47,651 bases of DNA from Vicinamibacteria bacterium. GTDB lineage: Bacteria; Acidobacteriota; Vicinamibacteria; Vicinamibacterales; UBA8438. Below, piece after piece: positions 9,003-17,195 of the stretch. A program made the position numbers and the translations under genes. Each line of letters opens with the position of its first letter. The stretch's first letter is position 1. The notes beneath the pieces were generated by a model. The model searched no databases and was not told where the DNA came from. It was given only the letters and a program-made list of their open reading frames with translations. The DNA is taken from assembly GCA_963577695.1 (NCBI GenBank), contig CAUZAY010000003.1:1-47651 (forward strand). Direction: 5' to 3'.

Positions 9003-10094
9003 TCAGCCCCACATCGTGACGAGGGTGAGCAGGACGCCGCCGGCGATGACGGACCCCAGCTGTCCGGCGGTGTTGGCGCCCATCGCGTGCATGAGGACAT
9101 GGTTCGTAAAGTCCTCTTCTTGAGCCACTTTCTGCACCAGGCGACCGCTCATCGGGAAGGCGCTGATGCCGGCGGCGCCGACCAGCGGGTTGACCTTGCC
9201 CCCGGTGACCCAGGCCAGACCCTTGCCGAACAGGACGCCGGCGACCGTATCGAATGCGAACGCGATCAGCCCAAGCAGCAGGATCAGCAGGGTGTCGACC
9301 TGGAGAAACGTGTCCGCTTGCATCAGGCTGCCGACCGTGAGCCCGAGAAAGATGGTCGACAGGTTCGCGAGCTCGTTCGAGGCGGTGCTCGCGAGTTGCG
9401 GGACCACGCCCGACTCCTTGAGCAAGCTGCCGAACATGAGCGTGGCCACGAGCGGTGCCGACGCCGGGACGAGCATTCCGACCACGATGGTGACTACGAT
9501 CGGAAAGGCAATGACCGCGCTGCGGGGCACCGGTCTGGGTGCGTACTCCATGCGGATCCGCCGCTCCGCCTTCGTAGTAAAGAGCCGCATCAACGGGGGT
9601 TGGATGATGGGTACCAAACTCATGTAGGAGTAGGCGGTGACCGCAATGGCGGGCAACAGTTGCGGGGCGAGCAGCGAGGACACGTAGATGCTGGTCGGTC
9701 CGTCGATCGCACCGATCACCGCGATGGACGCCGCTTCGTTCAACGGAAATCCGACCAGGGTAGCGAGGATGAGCGTGGCGAAGATGCCGAGCTGTCCCGC
9801 TGCGCCGAGAATGGCGAAGTAGGGCTGCGACAGCAACGGACGGAAGTCCATCATGGCGCCGATGCCGATGAAGATGAAGAGTGGGAACAGTTCCGTATCG
9901 ATGCCGAACTCGATCAGGATATGCAGCATCCCCCCGGGCTGGTTCATCGGCGAATTCGGCAAGTTACCGAGGATGACCCCGAACCCGATCGGGAGCAGGA
10001 GCATCGGCTCGTACTTCTTGGCGACCGCCAGGTAGATGAGTAGTCCGCCCACCGCGTACATCAAGAGCGTCTCGGGGCCGATCGAGGGAATCAT
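9003..10094 (-). CDS. oadB: Na+-translocating decarboxylase beta subunit (OadB/MmdB/GcdB family)
   Basis: KKYEPMLLLPIGFG, GAAGQLGIF, IGAIDGPTSIY, AYSYMSLVPIIQPP, GAAGISAFPMSGR and HAMGANTAGQLGS motifs; highly hydrophobic. Confidence 0.95.
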   Translation of the reverse strand: MIPSIGPETLLMYAVGGLLIYLAVAKKYEPMLLLPIGFGVILGNLPNSPMNQPGGMLHILIEFGIDTELFPLFIFIGIGAMMDFRPLLSQPYFAILGAAGQLGIFATLILATLVGFPLNEAASIAVIGAIDGPTSIYVSSLLAPQLLPAIAVTAYSYMSLVPIIQPPLMRLFTTKAERRIRMEYAPRPVPRSAVIAFPIVVTIVVGMLVPASAPLVATLMFGSLLKESGVVPQLASTASNELANLSTIFLGLTVGSLMQADTFLQVDTLLILLLGLIAFAFDTVAGVLFGKGLAWVTGGKVNPLVGAAGISAFPMSGRLVQKVAQEEDFTNHVLMHAMGANTAGQLGSVIAGGVLLTLVTMWG

Positions 10095-10212
10095 AGAGGT
10101 GGGGGTGTGTGTGAAAATCGCGTCGGATGGGACCGTTGTCTGTTGTTATCGGTGTGCGGTGACCGGACGCTTCGTATTGCCGTCGCCGTCGCCGCCACCG
10201 TCGCTGCCAGTA

Positions 10213-10656
10213 CTACGTCGGCACGAACGTCACCAGCGGTTCGCCCTGGACGACTTTGCTCCCCGTGGCGACGTGCACGGTGGCCACGGTCCCGTCCCAG
10301 GGCGATCGGATGACGTTCAGCATCTTCATCGCGTCCAGTGTCACCAGTTCGTCGCCCCGAGCCACGGTCTGGCCCGGTTTGACGGAGACTGCCGCGACCA
10401 CGCCGGGGATGGGCGCCGTCATGGCCTGCGGTCCACCCACGGCGGTGTCGCCGATCGTGGTTGGCGCCGGATTGCCGGTCGGCTCGGGCGGCGTCGGCGC
10501 ATCGTCGATGGCGCTGTCGTCCTCCACCTCGCGTACCGGCTCGACATCGACCGAGAAGGCGAATCCGGACAGGCGCGCCGTTACGGGGCGCGCGTGTGGA
10601 TCGTCAATCTCGACGTCGTAGATCCGCCCGTCGACAGTGACTCGGTATCGGTTCAC
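10213..10656 (-). CDS. Biotin carboxyl carrier subunit (MmdC-like)
   Basis: YRVTVDGRIYDVEI N-terminus, Pro/Ala/Thr linker, APIPG...LDAMKM biotinylation motif; GTG start overlaps the upstream stop. Confidence 0.9.
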   Translation of the reverse strand: MNRYRVTVDGRIYDVEIDDPHARPVTARLSGFAFSVDVEPVREVEDDSAIDDAPTPPEPTGNPAPTTIGDTAVGGPQAMTAPIPGVVAAVSVKPGQTVARGDELVTLDAMKMLNVIRSPWDGTVATVHVATGSKVVQGEPLVTFVPT

Positions 10657-11030
10657 CTTCGCATCCTCGTCCGTGCGCGCGACCGTGGCTGGCTCAGTCT
10701 CCGGTTGTGGTGCAAGCGGCGCCAGTCGGACGCCACCGCGGTCAGGAGCATCGGTGCGCGTTCAGGCTGGGAGCAGGCAATGGCCACCGCCAGCGCGACC
10801 GCGCGTCGTTGCCGGTCGCGCTCCTCTTCTTCCTCATTCCGGTCGTCTACCGCGTCAGCGCTGGCCGACTCGGGGGGCGCCGCATCGGGCGTCGCGGCGA
10901 CCGGGGCGGGGCGAAACAGCCACTGTGCTGTCAGCAGATACATCAGACCGATGAGACCGACCAGGGCCAGAAACAGCAACCCGGTACCGACGCCGGAGAT
11001 CCAGAGCACCGTCTCCATTTGTTCCGTCAT
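10653..11030 (-). CDS. Decarboxylase membrane-anchor subunit (OadG/MmdD-like)
   Basis: One N-terminal TM helix, Pro/Ala/acidic linker, AVALAVAIA...SDWR tail; sits between the alpha and biotin-carrier genes. Confidence 0.8.
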   Translation of the reverse strand: MTEQMETVLWISGVGTGLLFLALVGLIGLMYLLTAQWLFRPAPVAATPDAAPPESASADAVDDRNEEEEERDRQRRAVALAVAIACSQPERAPMLLTAVASDWRRLHHNRRLSQPRSRARTRMRR

Positions 11031-11037
11031 GACGGCG

Positions 11038-13083
11038 CTAGAGCGGAATGTTCCCGTGCTTCTTGGGCAACGAGGCGGGCTGCTTGTCTTTGAGGAACTC
11101 GAGCGCCGCGGTGACCCGCGCGCGTGTTTCCCGAGGATAAATGACGTCGTCGATGTGTCCCGACGAGGCGGCCACGAACGGCGAGTTGAACTGTGCCTGG
11201 AATTCACCTTCCAAGCGTGCGCGTTCGGTATCGCGGGCTGCCGGCGCCGCGGCGGCCAGTTGCTTGGCGTAGAGAATGCTCACGGCGCCCTTCGGACCCA
11301 TGACCGCGATCTCGGCGGTCGGCCACGCGAAGCAGACATCCGTGCGAATCATCTTGCTGCTCATCACGATGTAGGCGCCGCCGTAGGCTTTGCGCAGCAC
11401 GACCGATACCTTCGGGACCGTCGCCTCCGAGTAGGCGTAGACGATCTTGGCGCCGTGGCGGATGATGCCTTGGTGCTCCTGTTCCGCACCGGGCAGGAAC
11501 CCCGGGCAGTCCACCAGCGTTACGATGGGGATGTTGAACGCGTCGGCGAACCGGATGAACCGCGCAATCTTGTCCGACGCGTTGATGTCGAGCACGCCGG
11601 CCAGATAGGTCGGCTGGTTCCCGATCAGCGCGATGACCCGGCCGTGCAGGCGACTGAACCCGACCACCGCGTTGGGCGCGAACTCCTCGTGCACCTCGAG
11701 GAACGAATCACGATCCACGATCAGTCGAATCGCATCTCGGACGTCATAGGCCGTGGCGGCCGACTCGGGGATCACGTCGTCCAGGGCGGCGTCGTTCGGG
11801 GCAAGCTGGTCGTCCGGTTCGAGGTCCGGTGGGTCGTCGGCGTTGTTCGACGGCAGATAACCCAATAGTCGCCGCGTGAGTTGGAACGCCCCGTTTTCGT
11901 CGTCCGCGACGAAGTGGGCCACACCAGAGGTGGCGGCATGAGTATGGGCGCCCCCGAGCGTTTCCACGTCGACCTCTTCGCCGGTCACCGTTTTGATGAC
12001 ATCCGGGCCGGTGATGAACATGTAACTGCTGCCCCGGGTCATCATCACGAAATCGGTCAAGCCCGGGGAATAGACGGCCCCGCCTGCACAGGGCCCCAGC
12101 ATGAGGCTGATCTGCGGTACCACGCCGCTGGCCTGCGTGTTGTGCCAGAACAGGTCTCCGAAGCCAGCCAGACTCCAGACCCCTTCCTGGATGCGGGCGC
12201 CGACGGAGTCGAGCATCGCGATAATCGGCAGACCCGCGGTCGTGGCGGAGCCCAGCAGGCGTCCCACTTTTTGCGCCTGCACCTCCGAAAACGACCCACC
12301 GCGCACGGTGAAGTCCTGCGCGAACACCGCCACCCGCCGCCCTTCAATCAAGCCAAATCCCGTGACGACGCCGTCGCCGGGGTGACGCTCCTTTTCGAGC
12401 CCGAATCCGGCGTGGCGATGCTGGATGAACGGCGCCATTTCTTCGAACGACTCGGGGTCGAGCAGACGTTCGATGCGTTCACGCGCGGTGAGCTTCCCTC
12501 GGGCGTGCTGCGCGTCGATACGCTTCTGGCCGCCGCCCAGGCGGAGCGCGGCCCGTTGGGCCGCGACGGTCGCGTCGGCCGCCCGCACCGGCGCGGGCGG
12601 AGCCGGCGGTGTGGGCGTCTGGGTGTCACCTGCCTCTTCGGAGGTGTCTGCGACCTCTGGTACGTCCAGGCCCCCGGCGGCGTCCGGGTGGTCAGCCTCC
12701 TCCACTGGGACCTCGGCCTCGGTTTCGTCCGCGGCGAGCGGCACGGCTGGCGTTGCCGGGGCCGAGGTGGTTTTCGTGCGCTGCACCACCGGCGTGGCAA
12801 GCGAGATATCGCCATCGCCGGCCGACGCCAGCGCCTGGCTTTCAGATGGCTCCAACGGGGCTGGTGGCGAGGGCGGTGTGGCTGCCGTCTTGTTTCGCTC
12901 CGCTCGCCGCTTGCTCCACGCGCGGAACGCCAGCACCGCCGCTCCGGCGACAGTGGTGCCCACCGGTACCCCAAACATCTTGAACCGGCTCGCGGATCCA
13001 CCCGCCGCCGCGCCGACTCTTGGTGTCGGGTTGGTGCCGGGCTCCGGTGGGCCGGACGGGGGAATGACGGGGCTGTCAGTCAT
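11038..13083 (-). CDS. mmdA: Acyl-CoA carboxyltransferase (methylmalonyl-CoA decarboxylase alpha-like) with ~170-aa N-terminal extension
   Basis: GKLTARERIERLLD, QDFTVRGGS, GARIQEG, GPCAGGAVYSP, VDCPGFLPG, RKAYGGAY and KKHGNIPL motifs; operon with beta, anchor and biotin subunits. Substrate inferred. Confidence 0.88.
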   Translation of the reverse strand: MTDSPVIPPSGPPEPGTNPTPRVGAAAGGSASRFKMFGVPVGTTVAGAAVLAFRAWSKRRAERNKTAATPPSPPAPLEPSESQALASAGDGDISLATPVVQRTKTTSAPATPAVPLAADETEAEVPVEEADHPDAAGGLDVPEVADTSEEAGDTQTPTPPAPPAPVRAADATVAAQRAALRLGGGQKRIDAQHARGKLTARERIERLLDPESFEEMAPFIQHRHAGFGLEKERHPGDGVVTGFGLIEGRRVAVFAQDFTVRGGSFSEVQAQKVGRLLGSATTAGLPIIAMLDSVGARIQEGVWSLAGFGDLFWHNTQASGVVPQISLMLGPCAGGAVYSPGLTDFVMMTRGSSYMFITGPDVIKTVTGEEVDVETLGGAHTHAATSGVAHFVADDENGAFQLTRRLLGYLPSNNADDPPDLEPDDQLAPNDAALDDVIPESAATAYDVRDAIRLIVDRDSFLEVHEEFAPNAVVGFSRLHGRVIALIGNQPTYLAGVLDINASDKIARFIRFADAFNIPIVTLVDCPGFLPGAEQEHQGIIRHGAKIVYAYSEATVPKVSVVLRKAYGGAYIVMSSKMIRTDVCFAWPTAEIAVMGPKGAVSILYAKQLAAAAPAARDTERARLEGEFQAQFNSPFVAASSGHIDDVIYPRETRARVTAALEFLKDKQPASLPKKHGNIPL

Positions 13084-13095
13084 GAGATTCGATGA

Positions 13096-13101
13096 ATTAT
13101 A
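13096..13101 (-). promoter_or_regulatory. Putative -10 box (TATAAT) of the decarboxylase operon
   Basis: Perfect TATAAT 12 nt upstream of ATG 13083 in GC-rich DNA; no clear -35. Confidence 0.45.
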
Positions 13102-13158
13102 GTGGCAGATGGCCTTCGGTGGGGACCCGGCGCATTGGCGGCCACCAACCCCGATCAG

Positions 13159-13252
13159 CTAGGAGGGTGCTGAAGAACGGGTTGGACCGGTTTTCGAAGC
13201 AACAACGCCAGATGGGATGCCCTGCCCGAAAAAGCTAGGGGGTGCTGAAAAA
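13159..13252. repeat. Two tandem IS-end-like motifs (CTAG..GGGTGCTGAA)
   Basis: CTAGGAGGGTGCTGAAGAAC (13159) and CTAGGGGGTGCTGAAAAAC (13235); probable MITE/IS terminus remnants. Confidence 0.5.
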
Positions 13253-13262
13253 CGTCTGGAGC

Positions 13263-13368
13263 GGTTTCCTGGCAAGCCGTTCGTGTGGCCAGGCGCGACG
13301 AGGGAGCATGCAGGCGGCATGTGACCGAGGAAGCAACGCCGTCCACACGGACGGATCGCCAGGAAACC
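13263..13368. repeat. ERIC-like hairpin element (MITE-like)
   Basis: GGTTTCCTGGC...GCCAGGAAACC termini; inner stem CCGTTCGTGTGG/CCACACGGACGG; core AGGCG..GGAGCAT..ATGTGACC..CAACGC. Confidence 0.75.
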
Positions 13369-13982
13369 TAGCGGTCTGGCCGCTCGGTCGATGGTCGCGC
13401 GCCAGGCCCCGGCAGCGGGCTCTTGTCGCGCCCGCCTGCCTCTTCCCGCAGCAGGGTGTCGAGGTCCGGATAGGCGTAGACCACCGGGGCCTGGTGTTGC
13501 ATCAGACCGCCCGTGTCGGCGGTGGGACCGTAGTTGCTGTGAAGGTCGAGGTTGAGCATCCGCAGCAACGCCATCTGCTGGCCGCGGTGGTGCGCGGTGT
13601 GCGCGATGCGACGGGTCATGATCCAGATCCAGGCGCGCGACCGCGGGACCTCGAAGAACGGCACGCTCGTCTCCCACCAGGCGTCATCGCATTCCCGGAG
13701 TGCCGTCAGGCGACGGTTCGGGTTGTCGGCGTAGTGACGCATGAATGCCTGTCGGGTCTCGGTGCCGGGCAAGGGGTTGTCAGTGACCGAGATACCGAGC
13801 ATGGTGCTGAACCAGAGGTACTCGCTGACACTCTGGTGCACCATCTGTTCGAGGACGCTGCGCCCACGCGGGTCGACTGGATGAGGCCGCACGGGCAGGT
13901 CGGCGTCGTCGAACATCGCCCATACGCTGACCACCTTATCGATCTCGGTGCGGTAGGTGTCGATCAGGAACTCGTAACGCAT
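13368..13982 (-). CDS. DinB/YfiT-family putative metalloprotein
   Basis: RSVLEQMVH and RIAHTAHHRGQ His motifs, YGPTAD tail; GGAGG RBS. Confidence 0.85.
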   Translation of the reverse strand: MRYEFLIDTYRTEIDKVVSVWAMFDDADLPVRPHPVDPRGRSVLEQMVHQSVSEYLWFSTMLGISVTDNPLPGTETRQAFMRHYADNPNRRLTALRECDDAWWETSVPFFEVPRSRAWIWIMTRRIAHTAHHRGQQMALLRMLNLDLHSNYGPTADTGGLMQHQAPVVYAYPDLDTLLREEAGGRDKSPLPGPGARPSTERPDR

Positions 13983-14013
13983 CGTTGCTGTCCTCCGTGA
14001 GACCCACGTGGTC

Positions 14014-14073
14014 GGCGCCGATGAAATTGACGGCCAGAATCGGGATGAGCGCGACCGCGCGTGCCGGGGCCAT
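14014..14073 (-). pseudogene. Possible MFS transporter 5' remnant
   Basis: MAPARAVALIPILAVNFIGA resembles the first TM helix of DHA1-type MFS transporters and breaks off just before the dinB RBS. Confidence 0.35.
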
Positions 14074-14205
14074 CCGCGGATCTTACTCGTCTCGTTCCTG
14101 ACACATTCACTCTGACGCCGTGGCGCAATTCTTTGTCCCGTGCTGGCCTTTGGGCGATAATGGCCGCGGTCTCCCGTCAGGCACTAGTTGGAGAGGAGCG
14201 TTCAG

Positions 14206-15225
14206 ATGCGTCGTCGCACTCTCGTCACGTTTGGGCCGACGGTCGTGCTGGCTGCGGCCGTGGCAGTAGGTGTGCCCGGAGTGGCCGCCGCTCAAAGCAC
14301 GGGCGCCGCGCAGGACTACGTTGCGCCGCGGACGCCGGACGGCCAACCGGACCTGCAAGGGTTCTGGTCGAACCAGACCTACACCAGCCTGGAACGCCCC
14401 GACGGCGAGACGTCTGTGTACTACACGCCGGAGGAGTTGGCGGCCCGCGTAAGCGGTGCGGCCACCCGCGAGAGCGCCCAGACCGACCCCGGTACGATCC
14501 CCGACGTGCACTATGACTTCACCCAGTTCGGGCTTGACCGCAGCCAGGCGGCGCGCGCGGAGAACCTGCGGACGTCCCTGATCGTCGACCCTCCGGATGG
14601 GAAGATCCCTCCGGTCAATGCCGAGGGGCAGCGACGGGCGGCCGAGCGGGCCGCCGCGCAAGAGCGGCTTGGTGGGCGGTGGGATTCCGCCGAGGCCAAC
14701 CAGCTCGACGACCGCTGCATCATGATGGTCCCGGCAGGACCACCAATGATGAATAGCGGATACAACAGCAACTATCACATCGTGCAGGCACCCGGATACG
14801 TGATGATTCTGGCGGAGATGATTCACGACGCGCGGGTCGTGCCACTCGACGACCGCGAGGCGCCTGCCGGCGGCCTCAGCCAGTGGGTCGGCGTGTCGCG
14901 GGGGTACTGGGACGGGGAGACCCTTGTCGTCGAGACCTCCAACTTCAACGCAAAGAACCCGTTCCGGGGGTCCAGCGCGCGGATGACGGTGACGGAACGG
15001 TTTACCCGGGTGGCCGAGGACCGAATCGACTACCGGTTTACGGTGGACGACCCGGGCACCTGGGACACGCCCTGGACGGCCGAGATGCCGATGCAGCGTT
15101 CGCGCGGGCCGCTGTTTGAGTTTGCGTGCCACGAGGGCAACTACGGTCTGTACAACACGCTCGTTGGCGCGCGCATGGAAGAGCGGCAAGCCGCCGAGGC
15201 GGCCGAGCCGGGCCGGGGCCGGTGA
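14206..15225 (+). CDS. Uncharacterised secreted protein, 'FACHEGNY' family (paralog 2)
   Basis: GGAG RBS, signal peptide, PRTPDGQPDLQGFW, TSLIVDPPDGKIP, DRC, GVSRGYWDGETLVVET, FEFACHEGNY. Confidence 0.82.
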   Translation: MRRRTLVTFGPTVVLAAAVAVGVPGVAAAQSTGAAQDYVAPRTPDGQPDLQGFWSNQTYTSLERPDGETSVYYTPEELAARVSGAATRESAQTDPGTIPDVHYDFTQFGLDRSQAARAENLRTSLIVDPPDGKIPPVNAEGQRRAAERAAAQERLGGRWDSAEANQLDDRCIMMVPAGPPMMNSGYNSNYHIVQAPGYVMILAEMIHDARVVPLDDREAPAGGLSQWVGVSRGYWDGETLVVETSNFNAKNPFRGSSARMTVTERFTRVAEDRIDYRFTVDDPGTWDTPWTAEMPMQRSRGPLFEFACHEGNYGLYNTLVGARMEERQAAEAAEPGRGR

Positions 15226-16049
15226 TGTTGATGCGGTGGGAGAAGGCCACGTTGCGCGCCGGGGTCACGGTCGTGACGTGCGCGATCGTGTGTGCCGCGA
15301 CATCGGTTCCGGTTTGGGGGCAAACCACCGAGTATCGTGCGCCGCGCGGGTCTGACGGCAATCCCGATCTGAACGGTCTCTGGCAGGCATTGAACTCAGC
15401 GCACTGGGACGTCGAGCCGCATGGTGCCGGCCCCAGTGTCGTCCGCGACCTGGGAGCATTGTCGGCGGTCCCCGCCGGGCTCGGTGTGGTCGTCGATGAC
15501 GTCATCCCCTACACCGCCGACGCGCTGGCCCAACGCGACGAGAACCGCGCGAACCGCCTGCGGCGCGATCCCGCCATCAAGTGCTATCTCCCCGGGGTGC
15601 CGCGGGGCATGTATATGCCGTTTCCGGTGCAAATTCTGCAGAGCCAGCAACACATCATGATTCTGCACGAGTTCGCGGGGGCCGTCCGCACGGTCTACAT
15701 GGATGACCACATGCCGGCGCCGGCCGACAGTTGGATGGGGTGGTCGAATGGGCACTGGGAAGGCGAGACGCTGGTCATCGACACGACCGGGTTCAACGGC
15801 ATGACCTGGTTCGACCGGTCGGGCAATTTTCACTCAGAGGCGCTGCACGTGGTGGAGCGCCTCACGCGGCGGAGTCCGGAGACGCTCACATACGAGGTGA
15901 CCATCGAGGACCCGAACGTCTTCACTCGTCCGTGGACGATGCGGATGCCGCTGTATCGGCGCGTCGAAGAGCATGCGCAGTTGCTAGAATTCCGTTGCGT
16001 CGAGTTTGTCGAAGACCTGATCTACGGTCATCTCCGCAAACAGCCGTAA
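15225..16049 (+). CDS. Uncharacterised secreted protein, related family (paralog 3)
   Basis: TGATG coupling; signal peptide, DGNPDLNGLWQ, DPAIKCYLPGVPR, GWSNGHWEGETLVIDT, LHVVER, EFRCVE. Confidence 0.82.
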   Translation: MLMRWEKATLRAGVTVVTCAIVCAATSVPVWGQTTEYRAPRGSDGNPDLNGLWQALNSAHWDVEPHGAGPSVVRDLGALSAVPAGLGVVVDDVIPYTADALAQRDENRANRLRRDPAIKCYLPGVPRGMYMPFPVQILQSQQHIMILHEFAGAVRTVYMDDHMPAPADSWMGWSNGHWEGETLVIDTTGFNGMTWFDRSGNFHSEALHVVERLTRRSPETLTYEVTIEDPNVFTRPWTMRMPLYRRVEEHAQLLEFRCVEFVEDLIYGHLRKQP

Positions 16050-16086
16050 CCCCGGCGCCTGGTGGTGTCGCGCCGGCCGTGCACTC

Positions 16087-16110
16087 GTAGCAAGGGCCTT
16101 CAGGCCCGCC
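16087..16110 (+). repeat. GTAG-type REP palindrome
   Basis: GTAGCAAGGGCC-TTCA-GGCCCGC; one mismatch to the reverse complement of 7087-7109. Confidence 0.7.
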
Positions 16111-16164
16111 GGCCCGCGGACCGGTTCCACGATGAGCCGCGGGGAGATCCAGGAGGTTGTGCTT

Positions 16165-16578
16165 ATGCGTGCGAAATTCACTTGTGCCGCGGTCGCGATA
16201 GGCGTGCTGCTGATGGGCACGTCCGCCTCGACCCACCATGCGTTCTCGGCGGAGTTCGACATCGCGAAGCCGCTCGAGCTGACCGGGAAGCTCGTGAAGT
16301 GGGAGATGATCAACCCGCACTCTTGGTTCCACATCGATATCGAGGACGATGCGGGCGCCGTCGTGACGTGGAGAATCGAAGGCGGCAGCCCGAACGAGCT
16401 GATTCGCAACGGGGTGACCAAGAACACCCTGACGATCGGCACGGAGTTGACCGTCGAGGGCTACTACGCCAAGGACGGGAGCTCGAAAGGGGTCGGCCGG
16501 AACTTCCTGGTCGCCGGTGGCGAGCGCCTGTTTCTCGGTGGGTCCTCGCCACCGGTCGCGCCCGCCGCGCCCGAGTAG
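16165..16578 (+). CDS. DUF6152-like secreted protein
   Basis: AGGAGG RBS, signal peptide, mature N-terminus HHAFSAEFD, NPHSW motif, WRIEGGSPN. Confidence 0.75.
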   Translation: MRAKFTCAAVAIGVLLMGTSASTHHAFSAEFDIAKPLELTGKLVKWEMINPHSWFHIDIEDDAGAVVTWRIEGGSPNELIRNGVTKNTLTIGTELTVEGYYAKDGSSKGVGRNFLVAGGERLFLGGSSPPVAPAAPE

Positions 16579-16586
16579 TCTGAGGA

Positions 16587-17126
16587 CTACTTCAGCTCCA
16601 TCACCTTCTCGGGGTCGGTTCGGAAGATCAGATAGCTGATGGTATCGGTGGTGATCTCGCTCCAACTGTGGGCGACCCCTTTTGGCACGATCACCATGTC
16701 GCCTGGTCCCATCTGTTGTGCCGTGCCACCTTGCATCAGGCCGGCCTGCATCGGACCGAGCAACGCGCTGTTGGTCTCGCTCATCTCGGTGATCGGTCCT
16801 CCGCTCACCATCGTGCCCTCCCCCGACAGCACGTAGTAGATCTCGTCCAGCTTGACATGGATGATGCCGCGAAGGGGTCCACCAGCCGCGCGTTTGGTCC
16901 GCTGGACCACCGCCACGCCAAGCTGCTGATCGCCGACGTCCACGTGACGAATCATGATGTCGCTGATTGTGCGGCTGGTATCTTCGCGCAGCCTCGCCAG
17001 TGTCGCGGCTTCCGTGGCGTCCACATCGGCGGTGGTGATGTAGGTCCCTTCGGTCTGGGCCTCCGCATCGGTGATTGGGCACCACGTCAGCATGGTCATA
17101 CCGAGCGTCAGCATCAGGCGTCGCAT
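16587..17126 (-). CDS. Secreted cupin-domain protein
   Basis: Signal peptide; HVKLDEIYYVLSGEG and PGDMVIVPKGVAH cupin motifs; GGAGG RBS. Confidence 0.85.
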   Translation of the reverse strand: MRRLMLTLGMTMLTWCPITDAEAQTEGTYITTADVDATEAATLARLREDTSRTISDIMIRHVDVGDQQLGVAVVQRTKRAAGGPLRGIIHVKLDEIYYVLSGEGTMVSGGPITEMSETNSALLGPMQAGLMQGGTAQQMGPGDMVIVPKGVAHSWSEITTDTISYLIFRTDPEKVMELK

Positions 17127-17195
17127 GTCTACCTCCGAGCCGGGTCAATCGGTTTCGGTCGCGGCGGCGCGACCACGGGCGTCATTCTAGTTGCC

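Noticed and set aside
10036-13095. Long plus-strand ORFs (610 aa, 404 aa) and similar long ORFs elsewhere
   Set aside because: Antisense shadows of well-supported genes, typical of GC-rich DNA; they are Arg/Gly-rich with no motifs.
13621-13632. 6-bp tandem duplication giving WIWI in DinB
   Set aside because: In-frame micro-duplication with no evident functional meaning.
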